Made by a program: the position numbers and the translations under genes | Origin: Candidatus Latescibacterota bacterium | GTDB lineage: Bacteria > Latescibacterota > UBA2968 > UBA8231 | Assembly: GCA_965223905.1 (NCBI GenBank) | Contig: CBDCXV010000001.1 | Location: 1-64,000, forward strand | Length of the DNA: 64,000 bases | Direction: 5' to 3' | Part shown: positions 10,119-19,792 of the stretch, in pieces | Numbering within the stretch: position 1 is the stretch's first letter | Layout of the letters: every line of letters starts with the position of its first letter | The notes under the pieces: model-generated | Databases searched by the model: none | Seen by the model: only the letters and a program-made list of their open reading frames with translations | What the model was told of the DNA's origin: nothing

Positions 10119-11363
10119 CTACTCCAGGACGGTCCGGTAGATCGCCTCTGCGTCCCTCTCGGTGACCTCGACCGGATTGGGGTCGAGAAGGCGGCGTACC
10201 GCCATTCCGACCTCCACCATCCGCGGCAGATCCTCTTCCCCCAGCCCCGCCGCGGCCAGCGACCCGTACGGGGTGTGGCGGCGCCGCAACTGGTCGATCC
10301 AGCCGGCGACCGCGTCGACCGCCTCCTCCCTGCTCTTTGCCGACAGATCGATGCCGGCCACCCCGGCTGCGTAGTAGTACTTGTCGCCTGCTGCCGGGGC
10401 GTTGTGGCGCATGACCCCGGGCAGCACCAGGGCGACCGCGGTCCCGTGCGGCACCGGTTTGCCCTTGGCGTGGGACACCTTCTCGATGCCGTACCCGAGG
10501 GCGTGGGCGGCCCCGGTGTTGATGGGGCTGAGCAGCAGGCCGGCCAGCAGGCTGCAGCGCGACATCTGGTAGCGGGCCCCGGGATCGTCGCTTCCCTTCT
10601 CGACCGCAGCGGTGAAATTCGGCAGCCCGGCCTTGAGCGCCTCGCGGGCCACGGCGTCGCCTACGGGATTGCTCTTCAGCGAAGCCGTGCACTCGAGGGC
10701 GTGGCCGATGGCGTCGAGGGCGGTGACGGCGGTGAGAACCGGCGGCAGGTCGCGGGTGAAGTGCGGATCGACGATGGCGACCGCAGGTTGGATGTGGTCG
10801 CTGTACACCGCCTGCTTCCCTTCCTCGGCGACGACGACGGAGACTCTGCTGGCCTCGGCGCCGGTGCCGGCCGTGGTCGGCATCGCGATCAGCGGCCACC
10901 GGGAGGGCTCGGGAAACAGGTCGAAGCCGAAGTAGTCGGCGCAGGAGCCGCCGCTGGTGGCGGTGCAGGAACCGACCTTTGCGGTATCGAGGGAACTGCC
11001 GCCCCCCAACGCCGCTACGGCGTCGCAATCGGTGTTGCGCAGGGTTTCGGCGAAGTCGTCGACGCTGGCCACCGTCGGATTCGGAACCACCCGGTCGAAT
11101 ACCCCGGCCAGCTCGATCCCCTCGCGGTCGAGTATCCAGCGGACCGGCTCTTCGAGATGCTCGACGGCGCCGTCCCGGAGCAGCAGCAGCCGGCGCGCCT
11201 GCAAACGCCGGCATTCCCGGGCCAGAAGGTAGACGGCCCCCTCTCCCAGTATCACGCGGCGGCTGTCGAACTTGAAGATCCGGGACAACTCGGCGCGCTG
11301 CTCCGCGTCGGCGAAGAAGTCGCTTTCCGCCAGCAGTTCTTCGTTTACCTGTATCGGCTTCAT
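10119..11363 (-). CDS. Iron-containing alcohol dehydrogenase
   Basis: GGGSSLDTAK, PTTAGTGAE, DAIGHALE and HALGY...PHG. Start taken at MKPIQ. Confidence 0.9.
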   Translation of the reverse strand: MKPIQVNEELLAESDFFADAEQRAELSRIFKFDSRRVILGEGAVYLLARECRRLQARRLLLLRDGAVEHLEEPVRWILDREGIELAGVFDRVVPNPTVASVDDFAETLRNTDCDAVAALGGGSSLDTAKVGSCTATSGGSCADYFGFDLFPEPSRWPLIAMPTTAGTGAEASRVSVVVAEEGKQAVYSDHIQPAVAIVDPHFTRDLPPVLTAVTALDAIGHALECTASLKSNPVGDAVAREALKAGLPNFTAAVEKGSDDPGARYQMSRCSLLAGLLLSPINTGAAHALGYGIEKVSHAKGKPVPHGTAVALVLPGVMRHNAPAAGDKYYYAAGVAGIDLSAKSREEAVDAVAGWIDQLRRRHTPYGSLAAAGLGEEDLPRMVEVGMAVRRLLDPNPVEVTERDAEAIYRTVLE

Positions 11364-11523
11364 GGGCGGCCTCCGTTCGTCTGAAGGGGCCGTGAAGGTA
11401 GGGGGGTTCCGGGGGCTGTCCAATCCGCGGACAGGTGGCAATTCGGTTGAAGGGCGGGTGCCGTTTCCATAGCTTTTCCGATCTCGCCAGAAAACGCATC
11501 TGCGAATTCCAGGAGCAATCGAG

Positions 11524-12294
11524 ATGACGACCGCAACCGTGACTGATTCCGCGCGGCAGCAGTACGAAGCGGATGGGTACCTCTCCCCCATCGACCTGTT
11601 CGGCGCCGATGAAATCGACGCCTACCGGGAGCAGTTCGACGAGCTGGAAGCCTTCGAGGGCCGGGAGAAGTCCCAGATCGGCCTGCAGGCGCGGCACTTC
11701 GACCAGGAGTTCATCTGGAAGCTGGCCGCCGACCCCCGCGTCCTCGACTGGATGGAGGGGGTCATGGGCGAGGACCTGATGCTGCTGAGCACCCACTTCT
11801 TCTGCAAGTACCCCGACGCGAAGGGGGAGAAGTTCGTCGCCTGGCACCAGGACGTAACCTACTGGGGCCTCGAGCCGGACGAAGCCCACACCGCCTGGAT
11901 CGCCATCGACGACAGCGACGTCGAGAACGGCTGCATGCAGGTGATTCCCGGCTCGCATGCCAAGGGGATCGTCCCGCACGGCAAGGCGGACCGCGACGGC
12001 AACCTCCTCAGCATCAACCAGGAGATCCCCGACGAGTACGTCGACAAGACCAACGCCGTCAATCTCGAGCTCGAAGCGGGCAAGATGTCCATCCACTACG
12101 GCAAGGTGTATCACGCCAGCCATCCCAACACCTCGAACCGGCGCCGCTGCGGCCTCACGGTCCGCTTCATTCCCCCCGAGGCGCGCCAGACCGAGATCAA
12201 CTCGCTGGGTGGCGACTGGAAGCCGATCCTGCTGCGCGGCGAGGACCGCCATCACCACTATCCCGAAACGCCGCCCCCGTTCCCCGTCCCTTAG
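11524..12294 (+). CDS. PhyH family dioxygenase
   Basis: WHQDVTYW, ENGCMQVIPGSH and HASHPNTSNRRR. Confidence 0.9.
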   Translation: MTTATVTDSARQQYEADGYLSPIDLFGADEIDAYREQFDELEAFEGREKSQIGLQARHFDQEFIWKLAADPRVLDWMEGVMGEDLMLLSTHFFCKYPDAKGEKFVAWHQDVTYWGLEPDEAHTAWIAIDDSDVENGCMQVIPGSHAKGIVPHGKADRDGNLLSINQEIPDEYVDKTNAVNLELEAGKMSIHYGKVYHASHPNTSNRRRCGLTVRFIPPEARQTEINSLGGDWKPILLRGEDRHHHYPETPPPFPVP

Positions 12295-12354
12295 CAGCCC
12301 GTTGAGAAAGTCCATCCGGGCTGCGGCCCGCAGAGCAACTATATCAACGGGCTG
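12295..12354. mobile_element. 60-bp MITE-like element with 11-bp terminal inverted repeats
   Basis: CAGCCCGTTGA (12295-12305) and TCAACGGGCTG (12344-12354) form a perfect inverted repeat, with an internal GC hairpin. Confidence 0.4.
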
Positions 12355-12502
12355 TTGGTAGTTGTCCTGTTTCACCGCACCTCGCCGGGCGGTCGCAGGA
12401 TCACCTTTCTGTCGGCGTCGAGACCGGCGCCGATGGCCCTGCCCCGCCTCCGCCGGGGCCCGTAGTTTTTCGAAACACCTTATCCCGGGAGCTTTCCGCA
12501 CC

Positions 12503-13174
12503 ATGGCCCAACACGACCGCATGGCCGTGCTCAACGCGATCTTCGAGGTCGGCGTTGTGCCGGTCTTCTACCACGGCGATCTGAAAACCGTCATCTCGAC
12601 CATCGAAGCCTGCGCCGCAGGGGGCGCCCGCGTCGTCGAGTTCACCAATCGCGGCGACCAGGCCTACCGCGTCTTCGCCGATGCCGCCCGGCACGTCATC
12701 GACCACGAGATCGACGTCATCCTCGGGGTCGGCTCGATCGTCGACGCCCCGACCGCGGCGCTCTACATCGCCAGCGGCGCCAACTTCGTCGTCGGGCCGC
12801 TGCTGAACGCCGAGGTGGGCAGGCTCTGCAATCGCCGCAAGATCGCCTACTCACCCGGCTGCGGCAGCGTCTCCGAGATCGCCTCAGCCGAAGAGCTCGG
12901 GGTCGAGATCGTCAAGGTGTTTCCCGGCGCCGAGGTGGGCGGACCCGATTTCGTCAAGTCCGTTCTCGGCCCCTGTCCCTGGACCCGCATCATGCCCACG
13001 GGCGGAGTCGATGTCACGCGCGCGAGCCTCGATGCCTGGTTCGGCGCCGGCGTCGCCTGTGTCGGCGTCGGCTCGAAGCTGATCACCAAAGAGATCCTGG
13101 CCTCGGGTGATTTCGCCGGGCTCAGCGCGGAGGTGCGTCGGGTAGTGGAGCTGATCGCCGAGATACGCAGCTGA
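12503..13174 (+). CDS. eda: KDPG/KHG aldolase
   Basis: VEFTNRG, GVGSIVD, IVKVFPG and IMPTGGV. Confidence 0.9.
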   Translation: MAQHDRMAVLNAIFEVGVVPVFYHGDLKTVISTIEACAAGGARVVEFTNRGDQAYRVFADAARHVIDHEIDVILGVGSIVDAPTAALYIASGANFVVGPLLNAEVGRLCNRRKIAYSPGCGSVSEIASAEELGVEIVKVFPGAEVGGPDFVKSVLGPCPWTRIMPTGGVDVTRASLDAWFGAGVACVGVGSKLITKEILASGDFAGLSAEVRRVVELIAEIRS

Positions 13175-13319
13175 CCTCCCGGCCCCGGCCGACGGGCAGG
13201 ATTGACCATGTCCCGAAGCTGGGAACCTCGCCCGGGACGCTTCAACTCGATCTCCTGCAAGCAATTGTCAAATCCGCATCAGCGATTAGTTTCTAGCACC
13301 AACAAGGAGGTGCGCCGCG

Positions 13320-13544
13320 ATGGCAAAGACGATTTTCTCTGGCGAAGTCTCAGCCGCCCTTCAGGACATCGAAAACAAGTACGAAGTCTGCAGGGCGATC
13401 TTCACCCGTGCCCGCGACATCAACTCGCGGGCGATGCAGACCGGTGAAGCCCTGCACAACGCCCCGGCCACCGCCCTCGGGGAGTACACCGACGGGCGCA
13501 TAGTCACCCGGGTCGAAGAGGAAGTCGAGGAGCAAGCCGGGTAA
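13320..13544 (+). CDS. RNA polymerase omega subunit-like small protein
   Basis: Strong RBS AAGGAGGT. IENKYE...TRARDIN...ATALGEYTDGRI resembles the RpoZ pattern N.Y......RAR....AL.E...G.I. Confidence 0.5.
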   Translation: MAKTIFSGEVSAALQDIENKYEVCRAIFTRARDINSRAMQTGEALHNAPATALGEYTDGRIVTRVEEEVEEQAG

Positions 13545-13558
13545 GATACCCGGACCGA

Positions 13559-13601
13559 AAAAAAGCAAGCCCCCCGGAGTGGATCTCCGGGGGGCTTTTT
13601 C
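13559..13601. terminator. Probable bidirectional intrinsic terminator
   Basis: AAGCCCCCCGGAG-TGGAT-CTCCGGGGGGCTT stem with an A-run before and a T-run after, between convergent genes. Confidence 0.85.
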
Positions 13602-13671
13602 GTGCGAGCCAGTTCTTTCCGGTGCCGGCGGGCATGCCGGCCGACCGCTGTGCCCGCCGGGCTGGCAGGCG

Positions 13672-15021
13672 CTAGTACTTGTAGTGATCCGGCTTGTAGG
13701 GGCCTTCGACCGGTACCCCGAGGTACCCCGCCTGATCCTCGCCGAGCCTGTCGAGCTCGACCCCGAGCTTCTTCAGGTGAAGCTGGGCCACCTGCTCGTC
13801 GAGCCTCTTGGGCAGACGGTGGACGCCGATCTCGTACTCCCCGGTGAACAGCTCGATCTGCGCCAGCACCTGGTTCGTGAACGACATCGACATCACGAAC
13901 GACGGATGCCCGGTGGCGCAGCCCAGGTTCACCAGGCGGCCTTCCGCCAGCAGGATGACCGTGCGGCCGTCGGGAAAGGTGTAGCGGTCGACCTGCGGCT
14001 TGATCTCGTCCTTGCGGATACCGGGGTAGGCATCGAGCTGAGCGACCTGAATCTCGACGTCGAAGTGGCCGATGTTGCAGACGATGGCTCCGTCCTTCAT
14101 CGCTTCCATGTGATCGATGGTGATGACGTCCTTGCACCCGGTCGTGGTGATGAAGATATCCCCCTCCTCGACCGCCCGGTTCATCGGCATCACCTCGATC
14201 CCTTCCATCGCCGCCTGCAGCGCGCAGATCGGATCGACCTCGGTGACGATGACCCGCGAGCCGAACCCGCGCATGGATTGGGCGCAGCCTTTGCCGACGT
14301 CCCCGTACCCGGCGACAACGGCGACCTTGCCGGCCGTCATGATGTCGGTGGCTCTTTTTATGCCGTCGAGCAGCGACTCCCGGCAGCCGTAGAGGTTGTC
14401 GAACTTCGACTTGGTTACCCCGTCGTTGACGTTGATGGCCGGAATCTTCAGGGAGCCGGCGGCGAGCATGCGATGCAGGTTGTGGACCCCCGTCGTCGTC
14501 TCTTCCGAGGTTCCCCGGATTTCCGGCAACAGCTCTGGCCGTTCGTCGTGGACCCACCGGGTCAAATCCCCGCCGTCGTCGAGGATGAGGTTGGGGCCCT
14601 CTCCCGGCCAGTTCAGGGTCTGGTCCGTGCACCACCAGTATTCCTTCTCGCTCTCCCCCTTCCAGGCGAACACCGGGGTGCCTGCCTCGGCGACCGCGGC
14701 GGCGGCGTGGTCCTGGGTGGAGAAGATGTTACAGGAAGCCCAGCGCACCTGAGCTCCGAGCGCCTGCAGGGTCTCTATGAGCACGGCCGTCTGGATCGTC
14801 ATGTGCAGGGAGCCGGCTATGCGAGCCCCTTTGAGCGGCTGCCGCGGCCCGTACTCCTCGCGCAGCGTCATCAGCCCGGGCATCTCCTTTTCCGCCAGCT
14901 CGATTTCCTTGCGGCCCCAGCCGGCCAGCCCGATGTCGGCTACCATGAAATCGCCCGCATTGCCGTTGCCCGCGGCGCGCGCGCGATCCGGCTCGTCAGT
15001 ACGAGTGGGTGTGGTCGTCAC
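13672..15021 (-). CDS. ahcY: Adenosylhomocysteinase
   Basis: [55 protein letters not shown] and C-terminal PYKPDHYKY. Confidence 0.97.
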   Translation of the reverse strand: MTTTPTRTDEPDRARAAGNGNAGDFMVADIGLAGWGRKEIELAEKEMPGLMTLREEYGPRQPLKGARIAGSLHMTIQTAVLIETLQALGAQVRWASCNIFSTQDHAAAAVAEAGTPVFAWKGESEKEYWWCTDQTLNWPGEGPNLILDDGGDLTRWVHDERPELLPEIRGTSEETTTGVHNLHRMLAAGSLKIPAINVNDGVTKSKFDNLYGCRESLLDGIKRATDIMTAGKVAVVAGYGDVGKGCAQSMRGFGSRVIVTEVDPICALQAAMEGIEVMPMNRAVEEGDIFITTTGCKDVITIDHMEAMKDGAIVCNIGHFDVEIQVAQLDAYPGIRKDEIKPQVDRYTFPDGRTVILLAEGRLVNLGCATGHPSFVMSMSFTNQVLAQIELFTGEYEIGVHRLPKRLDEQVAQLHLKKLGVELDRLGEDQAGYLGVPVEGPYKPDHYKY

Positions 15022-15262
15022 GTCTTTCTCCGGGGAAATGAGTTTCAGAAGGCTCGCCCGCCCAGTTCTTGACAGCTGCTCGGAGGCGCTCGCCAGGTTC
15101 CGTCAACAAAGATAGGGTGGGGGGCAAACCGGCGATCCGGGACCCGGAAACCGCCAACCAGGGAATACCGCCTTCGATCCCGGGTAACCTTCATCCCACC
15201 GGAGCGGGCTTGCGAGCGCCAGGATGACCTCGCGGTTCCCGCCGTCCTCCCGGGGATGCGCT

Positions 15263-16846
15263 TCAGAAGGCCGGCGCCGCGGCCCCTTCGATGGTCACGT
15301 CGAGCACCGATGGCAGGCCACTGGCGAGGGCGCGCTCGACCGCCGGCCCCAGTTCGCCGGGATCCTCTACCCGCTCCCCGTATCCGCCCAGGGCCTCGGC
15401 GACGCGGTCGTACCGGGACGGCAGGAGGTCGCAGCCGATGGTGCGGTCGGGGCCGTACTGGCGGATCTGCAGCTGCACCTCGGCGTTCCAGCGGGCGTCG
15501 TTGCCGACGATGACGATCACCGGCAGGCCGTAGCGCACGCAGGTGTCGATCTCGAGGGCGTGGTAACCGAAGGTGCCGTCCCCCTGAAAAACGAAAACGT
15601 TCCGCTCCGGGTAGCGGAGCCTGGCGGCCATCCCCAGGGGCAGGGAGCTGCCGATCGCACCGGAGGGGCCGTTGATCAGGCGCATCTCCGCGGTGAGGCC
15701 TGCCTGCATCCACTGCCCGAACTCGCCGCCGTCGCTGACGAAGACGGCGTTCTCCTCCAGGAACGGCTGCAGCGTCTCGCAGACCGCCAGCGGATGCGTA
15801 GGCGCCGCGCCGCTCATGCGCTGCGCCAGCCATTCCGGGGGCACGGCGCGGGCCGCCTTGACCTCCCGGCTCCACGGGCTTTCCGCCCACTGCCGACCTG
15901 CCGCCGCGGCGGCGAGGAGGCGAACCGCGGCCGCGGGATCGCCGCGGAAACGGCACTCGAGGCGGCCGCCGTTGACGACCGCCCCCTCGGCATCGACCGA
16001 AAGAAAGCTCACCGAGTCGGAAAAGGCGGGGGGCTCGCCGAAGCGCAGGGAGAAGTCGAGCTGCTTGCCGAGCAGCAGCACGAGGTCGGCCCTGGCGAGA
16101 CAGCTGTTGGCGCCGCGCAGCCAGGGATCGTCGACCCCGCGCGGACTCTCGCACGGCAGCGCGGGAACCCCGGAGACCGACTGCAGTTCCAGCACCCCGC
16201 TCCAGCCGCGGCCCCGCGACATGGCGGGCCCGGCCAGGATCAGGGGACGGTCCGCGGCCTCGAGGCGATCGAGGATATCCTCGGCATCGCCCTCGCTCAG
16301 CTGCGGACCCGTTCCCTCAGGCATCTCCGCCTGCGGGGCATGATCCGGAACCTCTGCCTGCAACAGGTCGACCGGAAGGCTGAGGTGGACCGGACCGGGG
16401 CGGCCGCCGGCCGCCACCCGCAGGGCCCGGGCGACGATCTCCCCAAGCGGCTCGGCGCCGGTCGCGGTGTGCGACCACTTGGTCACCGGGGCCGCCACCG
16501 CGGCCTGGTCGAGCTCCTGGAAGGCCCCCATGCCGGCCTGCGAAACCGGGCTGTTGCCGCTTATCAGCACCAGGGGGGACTCGGCCGCCCGGGCGACGAA
16601 CAGGCCCGTGATGCCGTTGCAATGCCCGGGCCCGGCGGTGAGCAGGGCGACCCCCGGTTCGCCGCAGAGCCGGCCCCATCCGTCGGCCATGTGTACCGCG
16701 GCAGCCTCGTGGCGGGTGTGGATGAGCCGGATGTCGCTGCCGATGCAGGCGTCGAAGAGAGGCAGGTTCTGGTTGCCGGAGAGCGCGAAGAGATGGCGGA
16801 CTCCGGCGGCGGTCAGCGTCTCAACGACGCTCTCTGCCCCATTCAT
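15263..16846 (-). CDS. Thiamine pyrophosphate-binding enzyme (ALS/2-hydroxyacyl-CoA lyase-like)
   Basis: RHEAAAVHMADG, GAFQE, and the GDG...N TPP motif. Confidence 0.9.
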   Translation of the reverse strand: MNGAESVVETLTAAGVRHLFALSGNQNLPLFDACIGSDIRLIHTRHEAAAVHMADGWGRLCGEPGVALLTAGPGHCNGITGLFVARAAESPLVLISGNSPVSQAGMGAFQELDQAAVAAPVTKWSHTATGAEPLGEIVARALRVAAGGRPGPVHLSLPVDLLQAEVPDHAPQAEMPEGTGPQLSEGDAEDILDRLEAADRPLILAGPAMSRGRGWSGVLELQSVSGVPALPCESPRGVDDPWLRGANSCLARADLVLLLGKQLDFSLRFGEPPAFSDSVSFLSVDAEGAVVNGGRLECRFRGDPAAAVRLLAAAAAGRQWAESPWSREVKAARAVPPEWLAQRMSGAAPTHPLAVCETLQPFLEENAVFVSDGGEFGQWMQAGLTAEMRLINGPSGAIGSSLPLGMAARLRYPERNVFVFQGDGTFGYHALEIDTCVRYGLPVIVIVGNDARWNAEVQLQIRQYGPDRTIGCDLLPSRYDRVAEALGGYGERVEDPGELGPAVERALASGLPSVLDVTIEGAAAPAF

Positions 16847-17068
16847 CCTGCACCGATAGCCTGCAACCGCGGCGCCGGGCGTGCGGGTTCTGCGAGGCTG
16901 TCGCACCTGGATTTCAAGGGGTTTCCCGTCCGGCTTGAACGGCCGCGAGTCGATCTGTCTCGAGTTGAGCCATGATTCAGCGCCGTTATTTTAGCCGCTT
17001 CGCCCGGACGGCAACACCCCACCACGGAGTGCGATTGCCCGCGAACGCGGGCATGTGAAAGGAACCCA

Positions 17069-18056
17069 GTGACGGCAATTCGGACAGGTATCATCGGGAC
17101 AGGCGGCATGGGAGGGCACCACGCGCACCAGATCTCGCAGCGCGACGACGCCTTCATAGCGGCGCTCTGCGACACCAATGGAGATTCGATGGCGCAACTG
17201 CAGCGGTCACTCGGAGGCGATGGAGTGGCGCTGTTCCCGGACTGGAAACAGCTGCTCGCCGAGGGAGGCCTCGACGCCGCCGTCGTCGCCACCCCGCACA
17301 CGCAGCACGGGGAGCAGGTGCGGCAGTGCCTGCAGGCCGGCCTGCACGTTCTGGTCGAGAAGCCGATGGCGACCACCGCGGCCGATGCCCGCGGCATCCT
17401 CGACGCCGCCGGCGGCCTCTGGCAAGGTGCTGGCCATCGCCTACCAGAGACACGGAGAGGGGCGCTTCATCCGCGCCCGCGAGCTGCTGCTGAGCGGCGC
17501 CATCGGCGAGATACGCCTCGTCCACGTCGTCATCGCCCAGGACTGCCTGTCCGTCTTTCTGCCGGGGGCGTCCTGGCGGGCCGACCCGGCGCTGTCGGGC
17601 GGGGGCCATTTCATGGACACCGGCAGCCACATCAACGACATCCTGCTGTGGGCGACCGGCCTCGAGCCGAAGCGCGTCCAGGCCTTCATCAACCAGCAAG
17701 GCACCGATGTCGACGTGCTCACCGCGGTGACCGTCGAGTTCACCAACGGCGCCGTCGGCACCCTGGCCTACACCTCGCTCTCACCGGAGTGGCGCGAGGA
17801 GTTCACCTTCTACGGGACGGAAGGGGTGATGAGATTCGGCGCCGCGGAGCCGCTGATGGTCCACAGGCGCGGGGAGGACATCCTGCTGCCGCAGCCGGCC
17901 GCCGGGGGCGCCACGCCTGCCCACAACTTCATCGACGCGATACAGGGCCGCGCCGAGGTGCAGGCACCCGGAATCTGCGGACTGCGGGTGGCACAGCTGA
18001 CCGAGGGGGTGTACGCCTCCTGCGCCAGCGGCCGACCCGCCGAGGTGGCGCAGTAG
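17069..18056 (+). pseudogene. Gfo/Idh/MocA oxidoreductase with one frameshift near 17410
   Basis: GIIGTGGMG and EKPMA lie in one frame; GGGHFMDTGSHIND lies in another. Could be a sequencing indel. Confidence 0.85.
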
Positions 18057-18071
18057 CCGGCACTGCAGCTG

Positions 18072-19052
18072 CTACAGCTGCTCCACCACCTGCAGCAACG
18101 CCTTCATGTAGCCGACGGCATGGGCGCGGCCGCGGTGGTGCCAGGATGAATCGCCGTCGGTCGCCGGCACGTGGTCGGGGATCATGAAGCCGGTGAAGCC
18201 GACCTCCTTGAGGGTCCTTACCACCTCGAGGGTGTTGACGTTGCCGTCGCCGATGAAACACTCGTTGAAGCAGGGGACCCGGCCCTGCACGTCGCGGAAG
18301 TGGACGTAGACGATCTTCCCCTGGCCGCCGAAATGGCGGATCGCCCGGATGACGTTGTCGTGGCCCCCCATCTCCGACCAGCAGCCCATGCAGAAGTTGA
18401 GGCCGTGGTTGGGGCTGTCGAAGCGGTCCATGGCGCGCCGGAAGGCGTCGAAGCTGCCGAAGATCCGCGCGATGCCGCCCAGCGCAGGGACCGGCGGGTC
18501 GTCCGGGTGCAGGGCCAGACGGACGCCGGCTTCTTCGGCGACAGGCAGGATGCGCTCGAGGTAGTACTGGTAGTTCTCCCACATCTCATCGGCGGTGAAC
18601 TCGCGCCCATGGGTTGGCCCGGCATCCTCGTGGGCCGCCAGGTCGAAGCGGGTGCCCCTCGCCCCGCCGGAGAGCACCGCCGGATCAGGGGTGCGCCAGA
18701 CCCCGTTGGGGACCCAGTGATACCCCAGCGTCGGGATGCCCGCCCTGCCGAGGTTGCGGATCGTCGCCTGCATGTGGGCGATCTGCCCGTCGCCGCCCGG
18801 CAGCCCGAGCATCGCCTTGTCGTAGAAGGCAAACGGCACGTTCTCGATCGCCATCAGGCGAAGCCCGGCGCCGTCGGCGCGCTGTCTGAGCGCCGCGAGG
18901 TCCTCGTACTCCCACTGCTGTTCCCCGGGCAGCGAGGATCCGTTGACCATGTTCATCAGGAAATCGTCGACGCCGATCTGCTTGATGAAGGTGAGCATCT
19001 CGTCGGTAAGGGTGTTGAACTGCCCGAGTCCGACGCGCATGGGAAGGGTCAT
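18072..19052 (-). CDS. uxuA: Mannonate dehydratase
   Basis: LALHPDDPP, YVHFRDV, PDHVP and GYMKAL. Confidence 0.85.
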   Translation of the reverse strand: MTLPMRVGLGQFNTLTDEMLTFIKQIGVDDFLMNMVNGSSLPGEQQWEYEDLAALRQRADGAGLRLMAIENVPFAFYDKAMLGLPGGDGQIAHMQATIRNLGRAGIPTLGYHWVPNGVWRTPDPAVLSGGARGTRFDLAAHEDAGPTHGREFTADEMWENYQYYLERILPVAEEAGVRLALHPDDPPVPALGGIARIFGSFDAFRRAMDRFDSPNHGLNFCMGCWSEMGGHDNVIRAIRHFGGQGKIVYVHFRDVQGRVPCFNECFIGDGNVNTLEVVRTLKEVGFTGFMIPDHVPATDGDSSWHHRGRAHAVGYMKALLQVVEQL

Positions 19053-19189
19053 GGTTCACCTTCTCCGGCCTCGTTTCTTTTTCACCGGGTCAGTCACGGC
19101 AACTCCACCTGTTCGTATATGGAGAACCAAGCAGCCCTGACAGATCCGATCGACTTACGGGTCGATCTCTTGCTTTTCGAACCTTGGTT

Positions 19190-19792
19190 TCAAGTTTTCC
19201 ACGCTTTCGCCTCCCGGCTTGGAAACTCCGGATACCCTTTTCGCAGCTCCAGGATCGCATTCTCGACCTCGTGCCTATGGAACCTTGGTTTCAAGTTCTC
19301 GACGAGCTCCTTCACACGACCGTTCTCAACGGTCTTGCCTCTGCGTTCGAGATCCCGCACTACGTAGACAACCGTAGCGCGCAACTCCAGATCCCTGGCG
19401 GGGAGATGGCCGAAATCCGCAACGATCCGGGAGATCGCCTCCGCCCCTTGCTCCTCCAGCAGGCTGTTCGCCTTCCGGATCAGGCCGTCCGCATTTTCGC
19501 CAGGCTCGATTCTGAACCCACCCGGTTCACTCACCACGCGATGAATTTTCACTCCCCCCAAGCCCTCAACTAGGTCAAGGTCCTGCAACAGCTCGACTGA
19601 AAACGGACCGTACGTATAGAACCGGAACCGGTATTCAGACTGGACCCCGGCCAGGGCCTGAAGCAGGTAAACGATCTTCTGCAGGACCGTCTTGCCCAGT
19701 TGAGGGGACTTCGGGGAAAGCTCCCTCACCACGGCAGCAACCAGTCCATACCGCTCCCAAGGCACCTTGAATTCCAGGGGTCTCTCATTCAT
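19190..19792 (-). CDS. YwgA/SocA-like winged-helix protein
   Basis: GKTVLQKIVYLLQ...YRFRFYTYGPFSVEL and LELRATV. Confidence 0.65.
   Translation of the reverse strand: MNERPLEFKVPWERYGLVAAVVRELSPKSPQLGKTVLQKIVYLLQALAGVQSEYRFRFYTYGPFSVELLQDLDLVEGLGGVKIHRVVSEPGGFRIEPGENADGLIRKANSLLEEQGAEAISRIVADFGHLPARDLELRATVVYVVRDLERRGKTVENGRVKELVENLKPRFHRHEVENAILELRKGYPEFPSREAKAWKT

Noticed and set aside
9823-12534. Long Arg/Gly/Pro-rich ORFs (also 3081..5315, the 5' half of 33794..36811, 25144..26955, 60880..62739)
   Set aside because: Shadow or antisense frames of recognisable genes, typical of high-GC DNA.
15022-15260. SAH or SAM riboswitch upstream of ahcY
   Set aside because: Only scattered short matches (e.g. 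GGCGCTC); the ordered conserved core could not be found by eye. An Rfam scan would settle it.
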